From Candidatus Borrarchaeum weybense (GTDB taxonomy: Archaea > Asgardarchaeota > Sifarchaeia > Borrarchaeales > Borrarchaeaceae), in NCBI GenBank assembly GCA_019057385.1, contig JAHQJS010000007.1, positions 160,001 through 224,000 on the forward strand: a stretch of 64,000 bases of DNA, read 5' to 3'. Under the pieces are notes generated by a model. The model did not search any database and was not told the DNA's origin. It was given only the letters and a program-made list of their open reading frames with translations. Shown here one piece after another: positions 49,912 to 58,549 of this stretch (within the stretch, counting starts at the first letter, position 1; each line of letters starts with the position of its first letter). The position numbers were made by a program, and so were the translations under genes.

Positions 49912-50632
49912 ATTGACATACCTCCAATTCGTTCAGGGTGATAAAAAACTGATAGACCTCCAGTAGGTCGATATCAAAGGGAGAATATAACTTCCATAAA
50001 CTGAGGATGGTGATTTTGTTGTTGACTCCTTGTACCAAGTTGGTGATCAAGTCCATGGGGTAATCACTCACCAGTTTAGAGGCGATTTCTCCCCTTAACA
50101 CCTTGTCTTTTTGTTCAGGAGTCATGACCGGGATTTTCATGCCCGCTTCTTTCATGAGATCCGATTTTTTTACAAACAGTGGCTGGGGAGTTGGTAGTTT
50201 TAAACGGTCCTTTAACTGTTGTGCATTGTCACAGAGAAGACGCAACTCATTACGCAAATAGTTTTGATCACCGCCAGTGCGTCCCAACAACTCATTGGCC
50301 AGTTTATCAGCTTCGTCTGTAGAGATGTCATCCTCAATGATCACGATTAGAATGTCCTTAGCGTCGGTGCCCTCTATGATGCGGTTGCGACGGGCGATCA
50401 CCATGCGTTCGCCCTGCTTTTCTATAACATCAACATCGGTCTCGGCTAGCCCCATATGGAACTGTGCCAGAATGATGGGATCCTTTAGGGTTTCTGCTAC
50501 CTTACTTTCAGAGCATATGCCCTCAAAGGCAATATAAGGCCCTGCCATGATATCAAATTTGAGGAGCAATATCGATTTGATGCCGCACTCCTGCAACGGA
50601 TAGGAATTTAAAAACAAGGGTTCACCGATCAC
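49874..50632 (-). CDS. Longin (uDENN/NPRL2-like) domain protein with a probable C-terminal winged helix
   Basis: N-terminal IKSILLLKFDIMAGPYI fits the hhhxxFdxxxGPxh start of uDENN/NPR2 longins; C-terminal LVQGVNNKITI.SL...DID..EVYQFF..L.EL fits a wHTH. Confidence 0.55.
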   Translation of the reverse strand: MIGEPLFLNSYPLQECGIKSILLLKFDIMAGPYIAFEGICSESKVAETLKDPIILAQFHMGLAETDVDVIEKQGERMVIARRNRIIEGTDAKDILIVIIEDDISTDEADKLANELLGRTGGDQNYLRNELRLLCDNAQQLKDRLKLPTPQPLFVKKSDLMKEAGMKIPVMTPEQKDKVLRGEIASKLVSDYPMDLITNLVQGVNNKITILSLWKLYSPFDIDLLEVYQFFITLNELEVCQFEETHFYHSRKL

Positions 50633-50635
50633 TAC

Positions 50636-51187
50636 TCACGCCTCCCTTTCCGTTCGTTGCACCAATTCAAGAAACGCTTCCTTAACATTTGCACCTGTTA
50701 CTGCTGATGTGGGAAAAATTATAGTAGGATCATTTATGTCCAAATGATCAGCAATAGCCTCAATAGGCAAGGAGTTTGGTAGATCCTGTTTATTTGCACA
50801 TATTACATATGGTAGATGTAATTCTCCGACAATCAAATGATGAATATCTTTTGTGACTGCAAAACTATCTATATTCGAGGAATCAATGATCAAAAACGCG
50901 CCAGTTGCACCTCTCCACCAGAGTTTCCACAGCGGTTGATAACGCTGTTGACCTCCCAACTCCCAACTCACATAACACTTACCATTATTCAAGGGCACCT
51001 TATAAAATGCAACTCCTGGCGTCGGGATATATGTGCCAGAAGAATTTAACTGAGTTTCCTCAATTATACACTCAAGACAGGATCCAAAGGTACTTTTCCC
51101 AGCACCTGCGCTGCCCATTAGCAAAAATTTTGCTACTTTTTCTTGTGTACTAGTAATCTTGTTAGCGGATAGCTGTTTAACTCCCAT
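50636..51187 (-). CDS. Arf/Arl-like small GTPase
   Basis: GSAGAGKST, IPTPG, WELGGQ..Y.PLW, ANKQDLP and TSAVTG motifs; GGTGA RBS. Confidence 0.9.
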   Translation of the reverse strand: MGVKQLSANKITSTQEKVAKFLLMGSAGAGKSTFGSCLECIIEETQLNSSGTYIPTPGVAFYKVPLNNGKCYVSWELGGQQRYQPLWKLWWRGATGAFLIIDSSNIDSFAVTKDIHHLIVGELHLPYVICANKQDLPNSLPIEAIADHLDINDPTIIFPTSAVTGANVKEAFLELVQRTEREA

Positions 51188-51361
51188 TAAAGTTTCACCA
51201 CAGACTTTTAATAACGAATTATTTAAAGTCCGCGTTTTTCTGTACCAAATTTGACTTTTGCTCCATTATAAAAATAGGACGAATTATTTACTCTTTATAT
51301 GAATTTTAAAACGACAAAACTTAGAAAAAGCCTATCCAAAATTTTGAGACATGTTAAGAAC

Positions 51362-53284
51362 TTATTTCTGATTCAGAATCATGTTTAAAGCAGATTTTGT
51401 TTTTTCTAACTCTTCGAAAGACAAATGGGATAGTAATGTATTTGAAAAATGCCCATATTGTTGGATATATTTGAATAACGCAGCAATTAGAGGAATGTTT
51501 ATTGACTCAGCTAGTTTATATGACCCTAAAATAATGAGTTTTCTCTTTGCTCTTGTAATTGCTACATTAATCCTACGACTATCTTGCAGTACCTTAGCAG
51601 CCTTAGGATTAATGCCGTCATCTACTAGTGATATAATGACAATGTTGTTTTCTCGTCCCTGATATGAGTCTATTGTGCTTGATTTTGTAAATGACCAAAG
51701 ATTATAGACATTGTTTATCTGTTTCGGGAATGTCTGCTTGATCAACCGCCCTATTAGTGTGGCTTGAAGACGAAATGGTGTAACTACAGCTATGTCTTTT
51801 TCAAGATAGAAACCCGCTTTGTGATATTCTTTCATGATTTTAATGACCAAGGCAGCTTCGCTTAAATTACATGCAGAATATCGTTTACCGAATAATTTCC
51901 AGTCAAAACCTTGCCCCCCATTATAGTTAAACGTATCAATCCATACGATAGGGTATCGACCAGAGAGACTATGACTCCAATTATCTCGATTTTGAGGAAA
52001 GTAGTCAATTTGAGTATTTTCTATTCCATAGGCAGTTTTCAATTGATCATTGTAGATAAAATGACTTGGAAACATCGAGATGTATTTATTAGAACGATAC
52101 TGTGTGTTCAAAAAAATGCTATGATTTGGATATTTGGAAATAAGGACTTCAAAAAGTGATTTTTCTAGCTGCTGCTTTATTGGTACATTAAAAATGGGTG
52201 GCAGTTGAAGATGGTCGCCTACCAGGATTATTTTCTTACCAAACACCATGCCTACAAGCGTTAAAGGTATGCTTGCCATACTAGCCTCATCAATAATGAC
52301 ATAATCAAATGGTGGATTGTTCCAATCAAAATTAGAATGAAGAGTGTATAATCCGGCTTTTGTTAATGTAGAACCGACGATTTTATGTGATTTCAAGTCC
52401 TCAAAATTTCTTATATTACCTAAAAGCGGTCTGATGTTTGGCAATAACTTGGCATTTACGCCTAATCGAAGAACTGAATGTCTGATGTCATGCTCTTTTT
52501 TTTCTTTAAGAGCTTCTATGATCTTTTCAAGAGCGTTATCTACGGCAATGTTAGTATGTGACGTTATAAGTACTCTTTGATTTCTTTTAAGCAACTGTAA
52601 AACCAATTCTGAGATCACGGTAGTTTTTCCAGTACCAGGAGGCCCATGGATCAGAAAGAAATAATTATCATCCGTTAAATTAAGGCAATGTGCTACAGCT
52701 TTCTGTTGTGATTCGTTTAGAAGTTCTGTGGTATGATTTAGAGTTATTGGTGTTATAGAATCATAGATGTCTTTATCTTCAAGAAGTGTTCTAAGCTTTC
52801 GTAGCTGTTTACTTTCGCTATTCTGAATCCTTTCCAAAATATTTTCTTGAATTCGTAGCAGAATTTGGTTATCAGCTTTTCGTAGATTAACTATGTCACA
52901 ATATTTTAGCTCCTGAGATGAAAATCTACCCGAAAATGAAATATAATAATCCTTGGAATCATAATCAATAATAATCCCATAAAGTTCATTCTTTGGGTAT
53001 GAATGTGTATTTAATGTATTTATGGTCGAAAAGAGCTTTTCTTCACCATTTTCCCACGTTGCTATAATTGCATCCCCAGGTTTAACTCTGAAATCGCCTA
53101 TTGTACGTATTTTTTCAACCTTTACGTCCGCTAAATAGGAATAATCCTTTGGTATATTAAAAGAAGGCTTTCCAATTAGCCTTGGGACTGCTCTTTCACT
53201 AGTATGTTCCTTATTCTTTGCCCTAGTTAAATAGTCCCATAAATAAGTATACGTAAATCCTTCAATGCCTGTTTCTAGACTCAT
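51362..53284 (-). CDS. Superfamily 1 helicase, DNA2/NAM7 (UPF1-like)
   Basis: LNESQ, HGPPGTGKT, SHTNIAVDN, IIDEASM, GDHLQLPP, QYRS, TPFRLQ, DSYQGRE and NVAITRAK motifs. Confidence 0.95.
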   Translation of the reverse strand: MSLETGIEGFTYTYLWDYLTRAKNKEHTSERAVPRLIGKPSFNIPKDYSYLADVKVEKIRTIGDFRVKPGDAIIATWENGEEKLFSTINTLNTHSYPKNELYGIIIDYDSKDYYISFSGRFSSQELKYCDIVNLRKADNQILLRIQENILERIQNSESKQLRKLRTLLEDKDIYDSITPITLNHTTELLNESQQKAVAHCLNLTDDNYFFLIHGPPGTGKTTVISELVLQLLKRNQRVLITSHTNIAVDNALEKIIEALKEKKEHDIRHSVLRLGVNAKLLPNIRPLLGNIRNFEDLKSHKIVGSTLTKAGLYTLHSNFDWNNPPFDYVIIDEASMASIPLTLVGMVFGKKIILVGDHLQLPPIFNVPIKQQLEKSLFEVLISKYPNHSIFLNTQYRSNKYISMFPSHFIYNDQLKTAYGIENTQIDYFPQNRDNWSHSLSGRYPIVWIDTFNYNGGQGFDWKLFGKRYSACNLSEAALVIKIMKEYHKAGFYLEKDIAVVTPFRLQATLIGRLIKQTFPKQINNVYNLWSFTKSSTIDSYQGRENNIVIISLVDDGINPKAAKVLQDSRRINVAITRAKRKLIILGSYKLAESINIPLIAALFKYIQQYGHFSNTLLSHLSFEELEKTKSALNMILNQK

Positions 53285-53579
53285 ATTTATTCAACCAAAG
53301 GAAAAATTCAATTAAGAAATCAAAAATTTCTTTCGTTTTACATTCACTTGTGCTTTCAAGAGATTCTTGTTTTTTAAATCTCAAACTATAGTTTCAAGTC
53401 AAATCTATTCAAAGACTCTATCAAACAGTTGAATACGAGAACGTATATAAACCCCGCTTTTTGAAATAGTACGAAAAAGATATCGCATTTCAAGAAGGCA
53501 TCGCAATATAAAGCCATCCAACTTGTTGGAAACTCAAACAAAAATGCGCTGGCTTTTTATATATGTGTTAAAATAGAGT

Positions 53580-53858
53580 ATGAGTGTAAGAATTATGCAG
53601 GTCGAAAGTGATCCTTGGGAAAAGCTAGATCGACTTCAAGAACTACCAACATTGTTAACTGATACGTTAACCAATACGATGAGTTTTATTTTTCGTATAG
53701 GCTGGATGGTCGGTGGTTTTGTCTTTGCAATTGGCTTAATATGTTACATGTCAGGGATTGATGAACGTAATGGCAAGAAAATGATCTTCGGCGGCTTTCT
53801 TTTGTTTATGCTATTTCTCTATTTAGATACTGGTGTTTGGATAACTCTGTTTGGATGA
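53580..53858 (+). CDS. Small two-TM membrane protein, possible VirB2/TrbC/CedA1-like pilin
   Basis: Two hydrophobic helices joined by a charged turn (IGLICYMSG-IDERNGKK-MIFGG). Confidence 0.5.
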   Translation: MSVRIMQVESDPWEKLDRLQELPTLLTDTLTNTMSFIFRIGWMVGGFVFAIGLICYMSGIDERNGKKMIFGGFLLFMLFLYLDTGVWITLFG

Positions 53859-53986
53859 AAATTGAAAATTAGATTGATTTTGTAGAGATAAACATCAAAA
53901 CCTGCTATTTTAATTTCTATAATTTATTATGAGAATATATCAGTTTTTTGAATGTCCATAAAAGACTAAATTTGCTTTGTCTCATA

Positions 53987-54033
53987 GTGACATCCTCCCC
54001 AGCCTTTCGGAAGGGGACTTCCCGCCGCATAAG
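53987..54033 (-). mobile_element. 47-nt single-hairpin IS605-derived mini-element
   Basis: Reverse strand reads TTTAA|CTTATGCGGCGGGAAGTCCCCTTCCGAAAGGCTGGGGAGGATGTCAC. The hairpin is nearly identical to the left end at 34115-34145 and it ends in TCAC like a right end. Confidence 0.75.
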
Positions 54034-54263
54034 TTAAAATTCAAAATTTTGTATGTCAGTGAGTTTCATATCAGTTCAAAATACATTCACTTAACTCTCT
54101 GCGAATTTAGTTCATCACATCCAATGAACTATTTGTTCAATCAAGTAGATATTCTTTATTAAAAATACTTATAAGATCAAAAGAACATCTATAAAAAATA
54201 TGGATTTATCTTATCATTAAACATTTTCCACCTTTTCATAATATGTCTCCTTGGTGGTGAAAG

Positions 54264-55280
54264 ATGAGCGAATACAGCCTTCAAACATGTAATGAATGTA
54301 AAGGTAATATAGTGCTAAATAGAGGGCTCTATGTATGTGAAAAATGTGGTCTGGTGGCTGAAACCCACTATGTTCCTCAAGACTACATTATCTCAGTGTT
54401 TACTGACGAAAAAGAAATAGCAAAACAATATGTGAGTCCTGGTGAGAGAATTGACATTGTTGATGGAATGGGTAGTTATATCGGAAATTATAATGAAAAA
54501 AACAGTCGAGATCATAAGGGGAAACATCTTTCAAAAGAGAAAGAACTCTATTTCAGAAAGTTAAACCGAATTTACAATTTTAGAGCGCGAATACGTCATA
54601 AAGAATCTCAATACAGAGTATTAAAATCATTGAATAGAGCTGTAACTCTTCTTCATCTTTCGGATAAAATAAAACAGAGAGCAGCATATATTTATCGTAC
54701 GAGTCTTAAGCAGGTTAGCCAGGATGAAATTTTAACGCACCCTGTTTTAATGGTCGCTGCTCTTTTCATAGCAATTCGAGAACGAAGAGCACCTGTCACG
54801 TTACAGGAAGTAATAAAAACGTTTGGACAACTAGGTCATAGGATCCCACCAAGAAAAGTCATCCGTGCAATTGAACTTCTAAAGAAATCTCCAGGAATTG
54901 AACTTGTACAAAGAAAAAGCGAAGATTACATCCCCAGACTAGTCAGTAAAGTCCTTAAGCACCCTGAGGTTATATTGAGACTTAAGAGAAGATTTTGGAC
55001 ATCATTTGAGTATCAAACACTTATCATGAAGGCAGCAAATACACTCTTAGAAATAGTAACTACTGAGCAACGCGGCGGTAGACATCCCTACATATTTGCA
55101 ACCTCAGTACTTTATGGAGCCGATTTATTAATTGCTAAACAGTTTGAACGGCGATCAGTCCTCACACAGAAATTGTTGGCAAAAATAGCGAATGTCGCTG
55201 AATATAGCATCCGCGATCATTACTGCACGTTGTTGAAAAAATACGTTAAGGGAGAACAAAAACCAAAAATGTTCGTTTAA
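54264..55280 (+). CDS. tfb: Divergent transcription initiation factor IIB (TFB) paralog
   Basis: N-terminal CxxC...CxxCG ribbon, two cyclin folds (A.LFIAIRE...PVTLQEV; GRHP; LTQ..LA..ANVAEYSIR); GGTGGTGA RBS. Confidence 0.85.
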   Translation: MSEYSLQTCNECKGNIVLNRGLYVCEKCGLVAETHYVPQDYIISVFTDEKEIAKQYVSPGERIDIVDGMGSYIGNYNEKNSRDHKGKHLSKEKELYFRKLNRIYNFRARIRHKESQYRVLKSLNRAVTLLHLSDKIKQRAAYIYRTSLKQVSQDEILTHPVLMVAALFIAIRERRAPVTLQEVIKTFGQLGHRIPPRKVIRAIELLKKSPGIELVQRKSEDYIPRLVSKVLKHPEVILRLKRRFWTSFEYQTLIMKAANTLLEIVTTEQRGGRHPYIFATSVLYGADLLIAKQFERRSVLTQKLLAKIANVAEYSIRDHYCTLLKKYVKGEQKPKMFV

Positions 55281-55326
55281 TTTTTTTAAATTTTTCATAG
55301 GTATTGATGATTAATAGTTACTGGAT

Positions 55327-56034
55327 TTACCAAATTAGGATTTTTAGGAGGCTTTGGGTTAGTAAAAAAATGATAAAGAAGATCATTGCAGATAGAATGA
55401 GCATGGACCAAGAAGATTCCCCATCAGTGAATTCTGTGAGTTGGTAAGCAGTAAATATTCCAATGAAGAAAAAACCTACAAAAGCAGGCCAAAAACTTAG
55501 TGGATTAAAAGCCAGATTATTAGTAAGCTCTGAGACATTTTGTTGCCGAAGTAGGAATAGCATTGAAAAGAGAGGTGTAAGAGCGGCTATGTAACCCATC
55601 ACTAATGAAGTTCCTAATGATAAGATTTTGGTTTTAAGGTTTTTTGCTCTCAAGAAATGATTACGCTTTTTAATCAAGTTATTATTTTCCTCTAAGGCTC
55701 TAACCATAGAAAGTAGAACTTTGCCAGCCTCTATAGAATCTTTTTCTAGAAATTTACAGGTGAGCTGTAATAGATATCGACTGTTAAGATTATTGAGAGA
55801 TAAAGCAAGATCTTTCAAGATTTGTTTTAGGGGTAAAGCCCCAACAAATAACTGACGAACTGCTATCATAAAATGTGGTTTTAAAAACCCGTTATATTTA
55901 CTTAAAGCATAGGTAAACGCCTGTTCTGGGCAGATACCAAGTTTCAACTCATCAGCAAAAAAGCTTAGAAAACAAGCAATTTCACTCAATTCTTCATCTG
56001 ACTGTTGTAATACTATAGTTGACTGTTGTTTCAT
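55327..56034 (-). CDS. Type II secretion F-domain / TadC-like membrane platform protein
   Basis: FL...ADEL..G..PE.A motif followed by three TM segments; ATGA-coupled to the upstream gene. Confidence 0.7.
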   Translation of the reverse strand: MKQQSTIVLQQSDEELSEIACFLSFFADELKLGICPEQAFTYALSKYNGFLKPHFMIAVRQLFVGALPLKQILKDLALSLNNLNSRYLLQLTCKFLEKDSIEAGKVLLSMVRALEENNNLIKKRNHFLRAKNLKTKILSLGTSLVMGYIAALTPLFSMLFLLRQQNVSELTNNLAFNPLSFWPAFVGFFFIGIFTAYQLTEFTDGESSWSMLILSAMIFFIIFLLTQSLLKILIW

Positions 56035-56852
56035 CCGACCAGCTCAATTCTGTTACTTAAGACCTTATTCTTAATGATATACAATAGGCAAATGTGTAAA
56101 GGGATAATGAACAAGATGAAAGGAGAACTAGCAAACCCGTTGATGGATAAAAAGATGCCTAAAAAGATTGGAAGAAAAGTGGTTATTCCGATAGTTAAGG
56201 TTAAGCGGCTGTCTAATTCAATAGTGAAGCGATCGTAGGCATTACGCACCTCTGATTGAGTTGAATCTTTCATCAATTCAATGGTCGTTTCTAAATCATT
56301 AATCGCGAATAAACTAGATAGATGTTTTCGAAGCGTAATGGAAGGCTGTTTCTTAGCGTAATCTAATAAAAGCGTTTCTGGATCTTCGTTGTTGTTAACC
56401 TGAAAGAGTATTTTTTCGAAATCTTTTGAAACTTGTGGGAAATCACTTTTAGCAACGAAATATATCGCATCGAACGTTGACCCAGCTAATAACGCTAATA
56501 ACAGAGTATTCAAGATCAAGTCAGCATATTTCTCAATGTTTAGTCTTTCATGAGCATATCTTAGAGGAAGAAAACGCATTAATAATCCGTGAATAATATA
56601 TGCGAGAAGTAAAGCAACTGATGAAAAAAGCAGTGGAGAAAGGTCTAAAATAAGTGAAAAACTGGTAATTATTAGGAAAATAATGGTTGCGAAGGCTTTT
56701 GATCCAGCTGAAATATCCTCTGGAGTGAGATTTAACTCCTCATAATAACGACATGGCATTAGCAAAGCAGTGGGACAAAGTTTTTTTCCTATAAATTTGA
56801 AAGGTTGGATGGAAAGTGCTTTGCATATATTCATAGGCAGATTTGAAAACAA
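56031..56852 (-). CDS. TadB/TadC-like membrane platform protein
   Basis: AI.FVA.S.FP.VS..F..IL..V...DPE..L...A...PS..L pattern; four TM segments. Confidence 0.7.
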   Translation of the reverse strand: MFSNLPMNICKALSIQPFKFIGKKLCPTALLMPCRYYEELNLTPEDISAGSKAFATIIFLIITSFSLILDLSPLLFSSVALLLAYIIHGLLMRFLPLRYAHERLNIEKYADLILNTLLLALLAGSTFDAIYFVAKSDFPQVSKDFEKILFQVNNNEDPETLLLDYAKKQPSITLRKHLSSLFAINDLETTIELMKDSTQSEVRNAYDRFTIELDSRLTLTIGITTFLPIFLGIFLSINGFASSPFILFIIPLHICLLYIIKNKVLSNRIELVG

Positions 56853-56866
56853 TTTGCAAACCTCAG

Positions 56867-58510
56867 CTATTCTTTAATCTGGTTAACAACATATTTGTAG
56901 AGAGAAGACCAGTCTATTTCGTTATAATGCATTCTATGTCTGAGTTTTTCAGTGTGTAGCCCATGGAAGATTTGTACATTGAGATAAGGGTCAAATAATT
57001 GGTTCTGAACCAGATAATTTAGTAGTTTTATGTATGTAGACATTTCTTCAATGAATTCTTCTAACGTTAACCCTTCAACCATTCTGATAGATTTCATGGT
57101 GGGGACGTCATATTGTTCTGTTAATGTTTTTATTAGCTGCTTATCAAGATCAAAGACATCGAATAACTGTATAGAATTAACTTTCAGATCGATTTCCAGC
57201 GGTATATCGGTTTTTTCAAATGGTTTTTCGACCTCACTTACTCGCCTTACCTTACGGATAAGTTTTTGATGGTAATAAGCCCGCATAAAGACGATGAGGT
57301 CTAAAGTTAATAGATTAATGGGAGCAATACCATGATGTTCTACCCAGCGGACAATCAGATTTTCAGGCGACGATGCGTGGCAGGTTTGAATTAAGTGTAG
57401 ACCTGCTGTAAGTGCATGAAATACTGCTTGAGAATGTTCCTGGGTTTGAATTTCCCCTAAGAAAACGTAATCAGGCGATCGATGTAATAATTTAACAATC
57501 TCTTTACTTTTGCTTCGTGAAGCATTCTCGCCTTCAAAGGGTATTACCTGTAGCCGTACTTGATGTTTATCGTAAGTATGTTGGGGGACGCTTTCGATGA
57601 CATCTTCGATGGTTATTTTTCGCCACTCAGGAGGAGTGATCAGATCCAGTGCATTAACTAGTGTGGTTTTACCCGAATTAGGTTCCCCAATGACCGTAAT
57701 ATTACAGCGTCGTAGCATAGCAAAATACAGGTAAGCGGCGATTTCCACAGGTAAAGTGCCATTCGCTACCAATTCTGGCAAAGTAAAGGCTTTACGCTTT
57801 AGTTTACGCACATCTAAATGCAAGCCATCGACAGCAAGAGGAGCGATGTCCATTGAAGTGCGAACATGAAAATTGTCAGTGATCAATTCTGTTTTGATAG
57901 AAGGATTACTTTCGTCCAGTAACAGACCGCTTTCATAGCGTAACCTTGTTTTTATACGTTCTAAATCAGCTTCAGATAAAATAACATTAGTCTTACAACG
58001 TCCCCAGGTGCGATGGTCTAAATAGAGCTGGGTGTTAGGACAATCTAGATAAAACTCTTCTATATGTTCATCCATAAGAAAAGGGGCAACCTTAAAGATA
58101 CCCGTTAGTTTATAGCAGGCTAGATCTATTAATTCATCTAAATCTTTCATTGATGCAAATTCAGGGTAATGTTTGTAAATATGCTCTTTAATTAGTGTCT
58201 TCCTCGTATTGAATAACTCTTGTAGGCTATAGAATCGAGGATCCAGAGGTTTGTTTTGAGTATCATTATCAAAGATCATACTTCCTGAAAGATGTTTCGC
58301 AATTGATTCAACGATTTCACCAAAAGGTGAAGTGTCTACTAGACTGTTATAGGCGTATAGTGCTTCGTTGGTATATTTTCCTGCACGCCTATATATTTTA
58401 ATATGATAAGGACCTATCTTGTACTGTTCAATTACTTTTGAGAATTCATCCATTTCCGAAAGATGAGAATGGGTCGAATCTTCATTAAGTTTGCATCTGT
58501 TCTTCTGCAA
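56867..58510 (-). CDS. Type II/IV secretion (TadA/VirB11/FlaI family) ATPase
   Basis: GEPNSGKTTL, TIEDVIE (Asp box), LHRSPDYVFLGE (Walker B) and G...QTCHA (His box). Confidence 0.9.
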   Translation of the reverse strand: MQKNRCKLNEDSTHSHLSEMDEFSKVIEQYKIGPYHIKIYRRAGKYTNEALYAYNSLVDTSPFGEIVESIAKHLSGSMIFDNDTQNKPLDPRFYSLQELFNTRKTLIKEHIYKHYPEFASMKDLDELIDLACYKLTGIFKVAPFLMDEHIEEFYLDCPNTQLYLDHRTWGRCKTNVILSEADLERIKTRLRYESGLLLDESNPSIKTELITDNFHVRTSMDIAPLAVDGLHLDVRKLKRKAFTLPELVANGTLPVEIAAYLYFAMLRRCNITVIGEPNSGKTTLVNALDLITPPEWRKITIEDVIESVPQHTYDKHQVRLQVIPFEGENASRSKSKEIVKLLHRSPDYVFLGEIQTQEHSQAVFHALTAGLHLIQTCHASSPENLIVRWVEHHGIAPINLLTLDLIVFMRAYYHQKLIRKVRRVSEVEKPFEKTDIPLEIDLKVNSIQLFDVFDLDKQLIKTLTEQYDVPTMKSIRMVEGLTLEEFIEEMSTYIKLLNYLVQNQLFDPYLNVQIFHGLHTEKLRHRMHYNEIDWSSLYKYVVNQIKE

Positions 58511-58549
58511 AACACTTCACCATGCTTATATGAGCTAAACGGTTTGACC

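Noticed and set aside
53380-54070. Sulfolobus-type ANTTTC UV-box motifs near the pilin-like and tfb genes
   Set aside because: A degenerate hexamer is expected frequently in AT-rich DNA; not informative without enrichment statistics.
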